A stretch of DNA of 64,000 nucleotides, taken from an uncultured Holophagales bacterium (GTDB lineage: Bacteria; Acidobacteriota; Thermoanaerobaculia; Multivoradales; UBA5704). Both the position numbers and the translations under genes were made by a program. Below the pieces are notes generated by a model. The model had not been told where the DNA came from and did not search any database. It saw only the letters and a list, made by a program, of their open reading frames with translations. The DNA is taken from contig CAWJQA010000001.1 in NCBI GenBank assembly GCA_963844885.1, positions 68,575 to 132,574 on the forward strand, in the 5' to 3' direction. How positions within the stretch are numbered: position 1 is the first letter of the stretch; the number at the start of each line of letters is the position of its first letter. This document shows positions 32,219 to 41,395 of the stretch, piece by piece.

Positions 32219-32580
32219 GGCGGAAACCGCGGGGCCAGGGCCAAAAAAACAAAAAGGTGTCTGACCCCGTTTGGGGCACAGCGATCGCTTGAGCCACATG
32301 CGGCTCGTCCGGCGCGTCGGGGAAGACCCACTTCACAAATGCCTGGCCCCGGAGGTGTGCGGAACGCCTCCTCCGCACACCTCCGGCCCGGCCCGCCCTC
32401 TCCCCCCATCCGGCGGGCCTTCCAGACACGGGATGGCGGCAGCCTTGGACTCGGTGGCCGCCATCCCTCCAAATTGTCAATGAACCTCGGGGCTCCCGGA
32501 GTGCTACGCCCCAGGAGATCCCGCTACGACAGTTCCTTTTACGGACCAGCCTGCCGATCCGTCGCCCTCTCCGCTGCCGA

Positions 32581-32715
32581 TTCGCCGGAACCTACCCCGC
32601 TAAGGCCGAATCGCCGCGGATAACGCCAGCTTGCGGTGAACAAGGTCGATTCGCCGTGGATAACCTCGAATCGCGGCGGATAACCTTGAATCGGGCCGGG
32701 ACGAAATCCGCGGCG
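32581..32715. repeat. Degenerate 20-bp-period array (TCGCCGTGGATAAC-like)
   Basis: Units start at 32611, 32631, 32651, 32671 and 32691. Confidence 0.7.
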
Positions 32716-32784
32716 AAGGTCGTGGCCTTCATTCATCCTCTTTACGGAAGCAAGTGATCTGGATTGTGCACCTCGGAGACGAGA

Positions 32785-33459
32785 TCAACGCTTCCGGACG
32801 TGATGAATCGTCATGACCTCGTTGCCGAAATCCTTTCGGGCGGCCGGCTCGTGCTTCAGCCCGTTCGACTCAAGCGCCTTCAGCATGCCCGGGGCGTCGC
32901 CGTCCGTCGAGAGGAGGAGGAGGGCGCGACCGCCGTCGGCCAGCGCGCCTGGCAGGCCGGCGGCGAAGCGCTCCATCACGTCCGTGGCACGCCAGGCGAG
33001 GTCGAAGAGCCCCTTCGGCTCGCCGCGGAAGAACGGCGGATTGAAGAGGACGAGGTCGAAGCGCTCGCCCTGGACCGGTTCGAAGAGGTCGCCGTGGCGC
33101 ACGTCGATGCGGCCCTCCAGACGGTTGAGCAGGGCGTTGATCCGGGCGCATCGGACGGCCTCGGGGTTCAGGTCCACCGCCGTCACCTGCCAGCCGCGGC
33201 GGGCGAGGAAGACGGCGCCGACGCCGCTGCCGGTCCCCATGTCCAGCGCCTTGGCATCAGCGGGGGTCGGTTCGGCGAGAGGGGAGGCCGCCACGGTCCG
33301 TGCCAGCAGCTCGCCGCCGCGGAAGACGACCGGGTTGAGCACGTCGGGGACCGAGACGAGCGGCACGCCGTCGATCGTCTCGATCACGGTCCTGCGGATG
33401 CGGGGGAGGAGGAAGGGTCTCTTGAGATAGAGCCAGGCGAAGGCGAGCATTCTCCTCAT
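32785..33459 (-). CDS. HemK/MTQ2-like N-methyltransferase
   Basis: ALDMGTGSG, AVDLNPEA, GDLFEPV, FNPPF. Confidence 0.88.
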   Translation of the reverse strand: MRRMLAFAWLYLKRPFLLPRIRRTVIETIDGVPLVSVPDVLNPVVFRGGELLARTVAASPLAEPTPADAKALDMGTGSGVGAVFLARRGWQVTAVDLNPEAVRCARINALLNRLEGRIDVRHGDLFEPVQGERFDLVLFNPPFFRGEPKGLFDLAWRATDVMERFAAGLPGALADGGRALLLLSTDGDAPGMLKALESNGLKHEPAARKDFGNEVMTIHHVRKR

Positions 33460-34334
33460 AGGGGCCGGCTCCGGACGAACCCCTCGATCCTGTCCGCTCC
33501 CTCGCGCAGCTCGCGCCAGTAGGCGAGGCGGTAGCGGTGGTCGCGGCGCAGGCTCTGGAGGAGGAGAGGGCCGGCGCTGTAGGGGAAGGCATAGCGCGGA
33601 CCGTCCGGGAACAGCCGGTCGTGCAGGCTCTTGAGCACCAGGTTGCCCAGGTAGCCGCGCCAGAAGTAGCGGCTGTGGTGGCACATGCGGATCAGCGCCC
33701 GCCGCCCGAGCCACTCGGCCGAGCGGCGGGAGAGGGTGATGCCACGGAAACGCGCCAGGTCGCCCGTGCGGTAGAGGTGGAGAAGCTCGACCTTCCAGCC
33801 GGCCTCCACGACGGCGCGGGTGGCGAGGTCGCCGGTGTCGTGCCGCACCCAGCGGTCGGGATGGACGGCCGGATCGGGGTTCTCGATGGCCGGGAAGAAG
33901 CCGTCCGGCAGCGACTTCAGGGCCTGCCGGTAGGCCTCCACCTTCATGACGACCGCGAAAGTGCCGTGGCTGGCCGTCTGCTCGCGCGACGCGCAGGAGA
34001 CGGCTCCCACCTCGGGCCGCTCGAGCTCCTCGCGCACGCGCGGCCAGAGATCCGGAGTGATCCAGAACACATCGGTGTCCACGAAGGCCAGATACGGGGT
34101 CTCGACCCGGGCCAGCGCGTCGTTGTAGGCCTCGTGGAACTCGCGCCGGACCCGATTGCGGCGCAGGAGGCGGGCGCCGGGCAGCCAGCGCGGATCGAGC
34201 GCATGCTCGTCCGAGTCCTGGAAGACCTCGATGACCGCCTCGTCCGCCGGAAACGAGCGGCGCACGCAGGCATGCCAGATCCTCGCCAGGTCCGGATAGA
34301 TCGTGGAGGTGAAAACCGTGATCAGCCGGCTCAC
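33456..34334 (-). CDS. DxD-motif, GT-A-like protein (paralog B)
   Basis: YPDLARIW, YLAFVDTDVFW, VGAVS, HDTGD; GTGA-coupled to paralog A; alternative start 34346. Confidence 0.65.
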   Translation of the reverse strand: MSRLITVFTSTIYPDLARIWHACVRRSFPADEAVIEVFQDSDEHALDPRWLPGARLLRRNRVRREFHEAYNDALARVETPYLAFVDTDVFWITPDLWPRVREELERPEVGAVSCASREQTASHGTFAVVMKVEAYRQALKSLPDGFFPAIENPDPAVHPDRWVRHDTGDLATRAVVEAGWKVELLHLYRTGDLARFRGITLSRRSAEWLGRRALIRMCHHSRYFWRGYLGNLVLKSLHDRLFPDGPRYAFPYSAGPLLLQSLRRDHRYRLAYWRELREGADRIEGFVRSRPL

Positions 34335-35287
34335 CGGCGTTTCCATTTGTCCGGCCTCAGCGGCGGCAGTTGGAGGTCGATCCCTTCGAGCGCCGCCAGC
34401 CGGAGGATGGCCCGGTCCGAGCGATCGAAGTACTCTTTCAGCGCCTTCCGGAGAGACGCATTCCGGATCTTGCCCAGCTCCTGGCGGATGCTGTCCACAG
34501 CCGCGCTGCCGCCCAGCGGCCGGCCGTCCGGATCGGGCGCGAACGGTTCTCCGAACATCGCCTGATAAAGAGCTCCGAGGAGAGCGTTGTCGTAGGCGCC
34601 CATGGCGTAGTAGCGCTTGCGGGAGATCAGGGTTTCGAATCCGTGGCCTTCCATCAGGTGGCCGAAGACCTCGCGCGAGGCGCGGATCACCGTGGTGCCG
34701 TGGAAGTCGGCGATGCGCGCCTCGGCCTCGGCGAGATCGGCGTAGATGATCTTCCGGCCGCGCTCCCGCAGCCGCCGGGCGGCGATGTCGCCGGGCTGGC
34801 GGTTGATGGTGTTGCACTCGCTGTCCAGCTCCTCGTAGGCCGGCGCGAAGACCGGGCGCGGCAGGGCGCGGTAGTGCTTGACGCGGCAGAGCAGCGCGTA
34901 GACGCCGGGCTCCTCGGTGCGGCGGAGGAAGGAGACCGCGGCCACGTCCGAGTCGTTGAACCGCGGCAGCCAGGACACCGGCCAGTCGGGATCGATGAAG
35001 AAGAGGTCGGCATCCAGCAGGAAGAGGTAGTCCGCGTCGAAGGCGAGCGCGGCGTCGTAGAACTCCAGAAAATCGCGGACGCCGGGTCCGGGCGCTTCGA
35101 GGACCGCGCCCGGAAACCAGCCGGGGACGAACTCGTCGGCATGGGCATCGCGGAAGATCACGGTCTCCACGTCCAGGCCGGCGTGCTTCAGCGCCGGGAC
35201 GATCCCGAGTGAGACGCCGCGGTACCAGAGCCGCGCGAGGTCGGGATAGCGGTGCGGGCTTGCGATGAGGATTCGAGGTTTGCTCAT
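34331..35287 (-). CDS. DxD-motif, GT-A-like protein (paralog A)
   Basis: YPDLARLW, YLFLLDADLFF, VAAVS, RQPGD. Confidence 0.65.
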   Translation of the reverse strand: MSKPRILIASPHRYPDLARLWYRGVSLGIVPALKHAGLDVETVIFRDAHADEFVPGWFPGAVLEAPGPGVRDFLEFYDAALAFDADYLFLLDADLFFIDPDWPVSWLPRFNDSDVAAVSFLRRTEEPGVYALLCRVKHYRALPRPVFAPAYEELDSECNTINRQPGDIAARRLRERGRKIIYADLAEAEARIADFHGTTVIRASREVFGHLMEGHGFETLISRKRYYAMGAYDNALLGALYQAMFGEPFAPDPDGRPLGGSAAVDSIRQELGKIRNASLRKALKEYFDRSDRAILRLAALEGIDLQLPPLRPDKWKRR

Positions 35288-35304
35288 GGGTTTCTCGGAG
35301 GTGG

Positions 35305-35583
35305 TCAGGGGTGGTCGGTGCGCGGCCGGTAGCGGCCGGTGTGATCGAAGCCGCTCTCCCAGACGCCTCCGGACCAGGTGCCGCCCAGGAAGACACCGCC
35401 CCAGAAGGTGCCGCCGCGGAAGTCGCCCGAGCGGAACACCACGCCCATGAGGGCGCCGGACTCGACGGTGCCGCCGTCCCACTCGCACTCCAGGAGAACG
35501 GCGCCGCGGCAGACCGTGCCGGGGCCGAAGCTCTCCTTGTAGAAGAACTCGCCGGGTCCCAGGATGCGCGGAGCGGTCGTCAT
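35305..35583 (-). CDS. Small Gly/aromatic pentapeptide-repeat protein
   Basis: GDFRG-GTFWG-GVFLG-GTWSG-GVWES; ATGA-coupled to the upstream gene. Confidence 0.7.
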   Translation of the reverse strand: MTTAPRILGPGEFFYKESFGPGTVCRGAVLLECEWDGGTVESGALMGVVFRSGDFRGGTFWGGVFLGGTWSGGVWESGFDHTGRYRPRTDHP

Positions 35584-36356
35584 TCGAGCAGCGTCTCCAG
35601 AAGGTCCAAAGCCTCGTCCAGGTCAGTCCCGAGCCGGAGGCACCATGCGCCGGCTCGCAATAGATCCTCGACATGGTGCGCGTAGTCCGGAAACTCCTCT
35701 TCCGTCCCGGCCGGAGACCGGCGCCAGAGCTCCAGGGCGGCGGCCGGTTGGAGAGGCTCCAGGCGGCTGCCCGCTCCGGGCTGCCGTTCCAGCAGGACGA
35801 CCGGCCCCGGCCTGGCCTCCGTGGCCGTGCTGCCGGGTCGTACCGTGTCGAGGTCGACTTCGAGCTTCATCTTACCAGCGCTTTCGAGGACGGCGGGCCG
35901 GCCGACGAGCTCCGGAAAGAGACGGCCCGCATCGGGCAGCAGGTGGACGTGCCACGGCATGCCGCGCCAGACGCCATTCCGGAGATCGACCCAGACCACG
36001 TCCTCGGCGAGCATCCGGAAGCGGCTGCGGGCTCCCGCGTAGGCCAGGGTGGTCTTGCCGGCGCCGCCCGGTCCGCGCAGGAGGACCGCCCGGCCGTCGC
36101 GCACCAGGGCGGAGCCGTGGACCGCCATCAGGCCGTGGTTCCGGAGCTGGGAGAGAAACCCGTACAGGAGGGCGTGGCTGCGGAAGGCGGCCGGATTTTC
36201 CGATGCGCCATCACCGGAAACGCGGAGGATGACGTCCGGTGTCTCCGTGTCAACCGGCCCGAAACGGCCGAAGGTGTCCTCGGCGATGGCGAGGACGGCC
36301 TCGCTGTCGGTCTCCAGGAGGAGAGTGCGGCCCAGCGGCTGGAAGAGAGCTCTCAC
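35580..36356 (-). CDS. HPr kinase-like P-loop protein
   Basis: VHGSAL...AVLLRGPGGAGKTTL...LAEDVVWV; GTG start overlaps the upstream stop. Confidence 0.78.
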   Translation of the reverse strand: MRALFQPLGRTLLLETDSEAVLAIAEDTFGRFGPVDTETPDVILRVSGDGASENPAAFRSHALLYGFLSQLRNHGLMAVHGSALVRDGRAVLLRGPGGAGKTTLAYAGARSRFRMLAEDVVWVDLRNGVWRGMPWHVHLLPDAGRLFPELVGRPAVLESAGKMKLEVDLDTVRPGSTATEARPGPVVLLERQPGAGSRLEPLQPAAALELWRRSPAGTEEEFPDYAHHVEDLLRAGAWCLRLGTDLDEALDLLETLLE

Positions 36357-36417
36357 CCCCCGGCCCCCTCTCCCGGTCCGCCCGAGTCCCCCTCCCCGGG
36401 AGAGGGGGAGACTTGCA
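36352..36417. repeat. CCCTCACCCC...CTCTCCC-type palindromic element
   Basis: Near-identical to 63314-63380; looser relatives at about 10184-10220, 45725-45762 and 55936-55969. Confidence 0.8.
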
Positions 36418-37336
36418 GTGCGCGGCCGTGCCGCTGCAGGTACATCTGGTAGAAGCCGTGGGTGTGGCACATCTGGAGACCGTCTCCCCGCCGGTCCAGG
36501 GTCTCGGTGGTGGCGATGAAGAGGACGTGCGAGCCGGCTTCGACGACGCTTTCGATCCGTACTTCGCGGACGGTCAGGGCGTCGGCTGGAACTGGAATGC
36601 CTTGGGCGGACGGATGGGTTTTGACGGGGAGGGTGGACCAGTCCACCGTGGCTTCCCGATGGTTATGGCCCAGACCGAAGACGGTCTTCTTCCAGCCCAG
36701 CGGGACGGTGCTGACGGCGAGCCTCCCGGCTTCGGTCATGGAGCGGATCGCCGGGCTGGTGCGGTGGAGGCCGAGGAGGAAGCACGGGGCTCCGGCCTCG
36801 CCGACGAGATCCATGGGGAACAGGTTGCCGCGGCCGTCCTTGTGATGGCTCACCAGGACCACCGGCCTCGGCGCCGCGAAGAGGACGAACTTGGCGAACA
36901 GGTCGGCGGGCGCCATCCTCACGTTGCGCGGGTTGCGGTCCCGCGAGAGCTTCCAGCGCTGGAGATAGTGGGCGTGGAGCCGCGGTGCCGGCAGGCAGCG
37001 GTTGGTGCAGCCTCCGGTCTCGAACAGGCCGATCCGGTAGGGCGCCGCCGCCACCTCCCGCGCGAGGCGGAGGCGGACCAGGCCGATCTCCCGGCCGTCC
37101 TGTTCCTGGACCGAGAGCCACGGCTGAGGACCGGGGTTGATGGGGTCGGGGCCGTGAGCGCCGAGCCGGATCGCGACCTGGAACGGGACCAGCGCGACCA
37201 TGGCGTGATTCGACGAGACGTCCATGGTGCCGTTCAGGAGAATGCGGACCTGCCGCTCGGGCTCGGCGTGGCCGACGCAGACCCAGCCGGGTGTCGCGTC
37301 CGCGCCCAGGATGAGGCGGGCGAGGCTCAAGGCCAC
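36353..37336 (-). CDS. Flavin reductase-like (split barrel) protein with an N-terminal extension
   Basis: PRPVVLVS...GNLFPMDL, AGSHVLFIA; GGAGG SD before GTG at 37336. Confidence 0.7.
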   Translation of the reverse strand: MALSLARLILGADATPGWVCVGHAEPERQVRILLNGTMDVSSNHAMVALVPFQVAIRLGAHGPDPINPGPQPWLSVQEQDGREIGLVRLRLAREVAAAPYRIGLFETGGCTNRCLPAPRLHAHYLQRWKLSRDRNPRNVRMAPADLFAKFVLFAAPRPVVLVSHHKDGRGNLFPMDLVGEAGAPCFLLGLHRTSPAIRSMTEAGRLAVSTVPLGWKKTVFGLGHNHREATVDWSTLPVKTHPSAQGIPVPADALTVREVRIESVVEAGSHVLFIATTETLDRRGDGLQMCHTHGFYQMYLQRHGRALQVSPSPGEGDSGGPGEGAGG

Positions 37337-37465
37337 CCCTCCTCCGCGAGCACGAGCGTCTGCGCCATGGCGGGGTGGAAGGGTAGCACGGGCGAGCTCG
37401 TCCGAAGCCCGCCCTCGTAAAGGCATGCAGCTACCGACGGCCGGATTCGTGTTACCGTCCGGAGA

Positions 37466-38116
37466 ATGAGGCGACCGTTGACGGCACGGGAGGATCTGGC
37501 CTGCAGCATCAGCCACGGGCTGGGGCTGCTCGCGAGCCTTGCGGCGCTGCCGGTGCTGGTTGCCGGTGCGATCGACCGGGGCGATCCGTGGCAGGTGATC
37601 GGCGGCGCCGTGTTCGGCGCCATGCTCGTGCTGCTCTACGCGGCGTCCACGGTCTACCACGCGCTGCCGCCGTCCCGGCACAAGAGCCTGTGGCGGGTGA
37701 TCGACCACTCGGCGATCTACCTGCTCATCGCCGGCACCTACACACCGTTCACCCTGGGTGCGCTGCGCGGGCCGTGGGGATGGGCACTCCTGCTCGCGAT
37801 CTGGGTGCTCGCGGTGGGCGGCATCGTCTTCAAGGCCACGCTCGGGTTCAAGTATCCGAAGACGTCCGCGGCCTTCTACCTGGTGATGGGCTGGCTGGTC
37901 CTCATCGCCATCGAGCCGCTGACGGCGCACGTCGCGCCCGACGGCGTCCGCTGGCTGCTGGCCGGCGGCGTCTGCTACAGCCTGGGCGTGATCTTCTTTG
38001 CCTGGCATCGCCTGCGCTACGCCCATCTGGTCTGGCACCTGTTCGTGATCGGCGGCAGCGTCTGCCACTTCTTCGCGGTGCTGCTCTACTCGGGCTTCCG
38101 GTCTCTCACTCCCTGA
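37466..38116 (+). CDS. Hemolysin III / PAQR family membrane protein
   Basis: SISHG, ASTVYH, DHSAIYLLIAGTYTPF, HLVWHLFV. Confidence 0.93.
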   Translation: MRRPLTAREDLACSISHGLGLLASLAALPVLVAGAIDRGDPWQVIGGAVFGAMLVLLYAASTVYHALPPSRHKSLWRVIDHSAIYLLIAGTYTPFTLGALRGPWGWALLLAIWVLAVGGIVFKATLGFKYPKTSAAFYLVMGWLVLIAIEPLTAHVAPDGVRWLLAGGVCYSLGVIFFAWHRLRYAHLVWHLFVIGGSVCHFFAVLLYSGFRSLTP

Positions 38117-38155
38117 CCCCGCTGGACGACCCGGCTGAGAGAGCGCGCGCGCCGC

Positions 38156-38560
38156 TCACGCCGGAGACCGGTCCGGCATCACGAACACCCGCTTCGCCAG
38201 CGGCGAGCCCAGCGTCTCCTCCCGGTAGTAGCCACCCAGCACCGACGGCTTCCAGGTGAGGAGGTCAGGGTTGCGCTCCGCGAAGACCTCCCAGCTCTCT
38301 TGGGCTTCCCCCTGCGCCATGCGCTCGTGGATCAGGAAGAAGTACGCCCAGGTGATGGTCTCGTGGTACAGCCCGGCATGGCCGTTGCGCGCCGCGAAGC
38401 GCTTCAGGCCTTCCGTGAAGCGCGTCAGGGCACCCAGGACCGGCTCCTCCCGGAGGTACAGCCAGGCCAGGCGGACGTGGTCGCGGTGGTGAAACTCCGT
38501 ATTCGGCAGGCTGCCGTCCTCGAAGCGGCGGATGAGGTCGTCGGGCAGGTTGACTGGCAT
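38156..38560 (-). CDS. Conserved hypothetical protein
   Basis: FHHRDHVRLAW, YHETITWA, YY...L.S..A...FVMPD pattern; good codon bias. Confidence 0.75.
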   Translation of the reverse strand: MPVNLPDDLIRRFEDGSLPNTEFHHRDHVRLAWLYLREEPVLGALTRFTEGLKRFAARNGHAGLYHETITWAYFFLIHERMAQGEAQESWEVFAERNPDLLTWKPSVLGGYYREETLGSPLAKRVFVMPDRSPA

Positions 38561-38573
38561 GTCGGGGTCTCCC

Positions 38574-38613
38574 AAAAGAAAAAGCGAGGGCCGGGGAAAT
38601 CCCCGGCCCTCGC
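38574..38613 (-). terminator. Rho-independent terminator
   Basis: 14-bp stem GCGAGGGCCGGGGA/TCCCCGGCCCTCGC followed by TTTTTCTTTT on the minus strand. Confidence 0.8.
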
Positions 38614-38662
38614 CGTTTCAAGAAACTACCACACCCTGGCCGGCCGAAGCAAGACCGGAGTT

Positions 38663-39040
38663 CTACTCGCCGCCGTCGTCGTCGCCGTAGCCTTCACAGT
38701 CGAGCAGGTCGTCGTCGGTGATGACCCAGTCGTCGTGACCGCCGCAGATATCGACCTCGGGGATGACGCACTCGTCCTCGTCCTCGTCCACCAGCTTGAC
38801 GTCGTAGGTGTCGCAGGGGATCTGCATGAGGGTGAACTTGCCACCGTTGCCGATCGTCTGCTGGCCGAGTTGGTCCGGACCCCAATGGTCCTGGTCGGAC
38901 GGAGACATGAAGAAGTTATGGATCGCGAATTTCGAATTGTTGTGGACTGTGACGTTGGCCTTCTTTTCCGCGTGGACCGCGGTGGCGGACAGACAGGCAA
39001 ACAACATCACCCCAGCCACACAGAGGGCTGCTCTCTTCAT
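38663..39040 (-). CDS. Small secreted acidic beta-sandwich protein
   Basis: Signal peptide (MKRAALC...VHA), VHNNS, WGPDQLG, CDTYDVKLVDEDEDEC. Confidence 0.75.
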   Translation of the reverse strand: MKRAALCVAGVMLFACLSATAVHAEKKANVTVHNNSKFAIHNFFMSPSDQDHWGPDQLGQQTIGNGGKFTLMQIPCDTYDVKLVDEDEDECVIPEVDICGGHDDWVITDDDLLDCEGYGDDDGGE

Positions 39041-39111
39041 GGAAAGGCTCCTTTTTGGCAAAAGCGTTGCGCCGGGGATTCTAGCACAAGCCCGGCGCTG
39101 AAGGGTCCGAT

Positions 39112-40246
39112 CTAGCCCGACTCGCCGCGGAATCGCCGGGCGGCCGCCCAGAGGAGGCCGGTCCCGATCACGAGCAGGGCCAGAAGCTGCGGCCAGAGCG
39201 CCTCGAACCCGGCGCCCTTGAGGAAGACGGCGCGCACGATCTCCAGGTAGTGGCGCAGCGGGTTGACCAGGGTCAGCCACTGGAAGACCGGCGGCATGCT
39301 GGTGACCGGGAACATGAACCCGGAGAGCAGCAGCGACGGCATGAAGACCAGGAAGGTGGTCAGGAAGGCCTCCTGCTGGGTGTTCGAGATCGTCGAGATG
39401 AGCAGGCCCGATGCCCAGCGCCGTAGAGCAGGAAGAGCAGCGCTCGCCAGAAGCAGCAGCAGCGGGCTGCCGCGGAACGGGATGTGGAACCAGAGCAGCG
39501 CCACGCGCGGTGATGAGCACCAGGTCGACCAGCGCGATCAGCGCGAACGGGATGGTCTTGCCGAGCGATCAGCTCGCCGGGGTCGCAGCGGGCTGACCAT
39601 GAGCTGCTCGAGCGTGCCGATCTCGCGCTCGCGCACCACGGCCAGCGCGGTGAGCAGCAGGCAGATCGAGCAGCAGGAGCGCGCCGATGACCGCCGGCAC
39701 GTTGTAGTTGCGGCTGGCGCAGGGCGGGGTTGAACCAGGCGCGCTCGCGCAGGTCGATCGCCGGCGGGCGGCCGTACGCCCGGGCTGCGCCGCAGCGCCG
39801 CAGCTCTGCACGATCCGCTCGGCGTAGCCGCGCGCCACCGTGGCCAGGTTCGAGTTGGTGCCGTCGAACAGCAGCTGCACCGCTGGCGCCCGCCGGGCGG
39901 CGCAGGTCGCGCGCGAAGCCCGGCGGGATCGACCAGCGCCGAGCACGGCGCGGCCGTGGTCGAGGGCGCCGACGAGGTCGCGCCGGCGCGGTCCGAGCGC
40001 CCGACGACGCGGAAGTAGCCGGAGGCGGTCGAAGGCGTCGACCAGCTCGCGCGAGGCCTGCGGTCCGGTCGTGGTCGACGACGAGGGTCGGCGCGTGTGC
40101 GCACGTCGGTCGAGACGGCGTAGCCGAAGACCAGGAGCTGGATGATCGGCGCGACGAAGATCATGCGCGCCATGCGCGGGTCGCGGAAGATCTGGCGCAG
40201 CTCCTTGCGCACCATCCCGCCGATGCGCTCGCAGCGCCGCGTGCAT
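39112..40246 (-). CDS. ABC-2 permease (YbhR-like), many frameshifts
   Basis: RKELRQIFRDPR, VREREIGTLEQLMVSP, LLSGFMFP, NPLRHY in changing frames. Confidence 0.8.
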
Positions 40247-41395
40247 CATCGCCAGCTCCTTGCGGAACGCGCGCACGGCGAGCGCCGAGGCCGAGCGACC
40301 GCGAAGGCGATCATCAGCAGCGCCCTGCGCGCACAGCACCTCGACGCCCACGCCCTTGAGGAAGATGCCGCGCGTCACGACCAGGAAGTAGCGCGCCGGG
40401 ATCAGATAGCGTCACGCACCCGCAGCGGCGCGCGGCATGATCTCGATGGCGAACATGAAGCCCGAGAGCAGGAAGGCCGGCAGGAAGGTGGCGATCATGC
40501 GCGATCTGCGTGGCGAGGAGCTGGGACGGGCGACGGCCGAGATGAAGATGCCGAGGCCCAGCGCCGCCGGTGAGGAAGAGGAACGAGAGCACGCAGCAGC
40601 AGCAGCGCGCTGCCGCGGAACGGCACGTCGAAGAGCGAGACGCCCAGGACCGAGGTGACCGCCACGTCGACGAGGCCGATGGCGAGGTAGGGGAGGAGCT
40701 TGCCGAGCACGACCTCGAGCGGCGTCACCGGCGTGGCGGCGAGCTGCTCCATGGTGCCGCGCTCCCACTCGCGCGCGATGGTGAGCGAGGTGAGCATGGC
40801 GGCGATGATCATCATGATCACCGCCACCAGGCCGGGGACGATCATGTTGCGGCTCGCCAGCTCCTCGTTGTACCAGACCCGCGACTCGTGCGACCGGAGC
40901 GGCGGACGGCGCCGCCGCCGTGCAGCAGCACGCGCTGGCGAAGGTGCTGCACGATCGCCTGCGGCGTAGGCGAGCGCGATGGTGGCGGTGTTGGCGTCGC
41001 TGCCGTCGACGCAGCGACCTGCACGCGGCGGCGGTGCGGCCGGCGCCGAGGTCGGCGCGCGAAGCCCGGCGGGATGACCAGCACCAGGCGCGCGCGTCGC
41101 TGCGGTCGAACAGCGGCGCCGATCTCGCGCGGGCCGCGTCGAGCCGCGCGACGAGCGTGAAGTAGCCGGAGGCGCGTGAAGGCGTCGAGCAGCTCGCGGC
41201 TCGCGCGCGGTGCGGTCCTGGTCGACGCACGGCGATGCGCGATGTCGCGCACGTCCCAGGTGATGGCGTAGCCGAAGAGGACCAGCAGCAGCACGCGGCA
41301 GCAGCGAAGGCGAGGATCAGGCTGCGCGGGTCGCGCCGCAGCTGGAGCAACTCCTTGCGCGCCATGGCCCGAGCAGGCGGGTGCGGACGGCTCAT
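40246..41395 (-). CDS. ABC-2 permease (YbhS-like), many frameshifts
   Basis: RKELLQLRRDPRS, LTIAREWERGTMEQL, GKLLPY, LLSGFMF. Confidence 0.8.

Noticed and set aside
32241-32277. A-run plus GGTGTCTGACCCC motif as a repeat element
   Set aside because: Only one copy was noticed in the window, so it cannot be supported
32611-32690. DnaA-box cluster or replication origin (GTGGATAA resembles the TTATCCACA complement)
   Set aside because: Matches are imperfect, and there is no AT-rich unwinding element or dnaA/rep gene nearby
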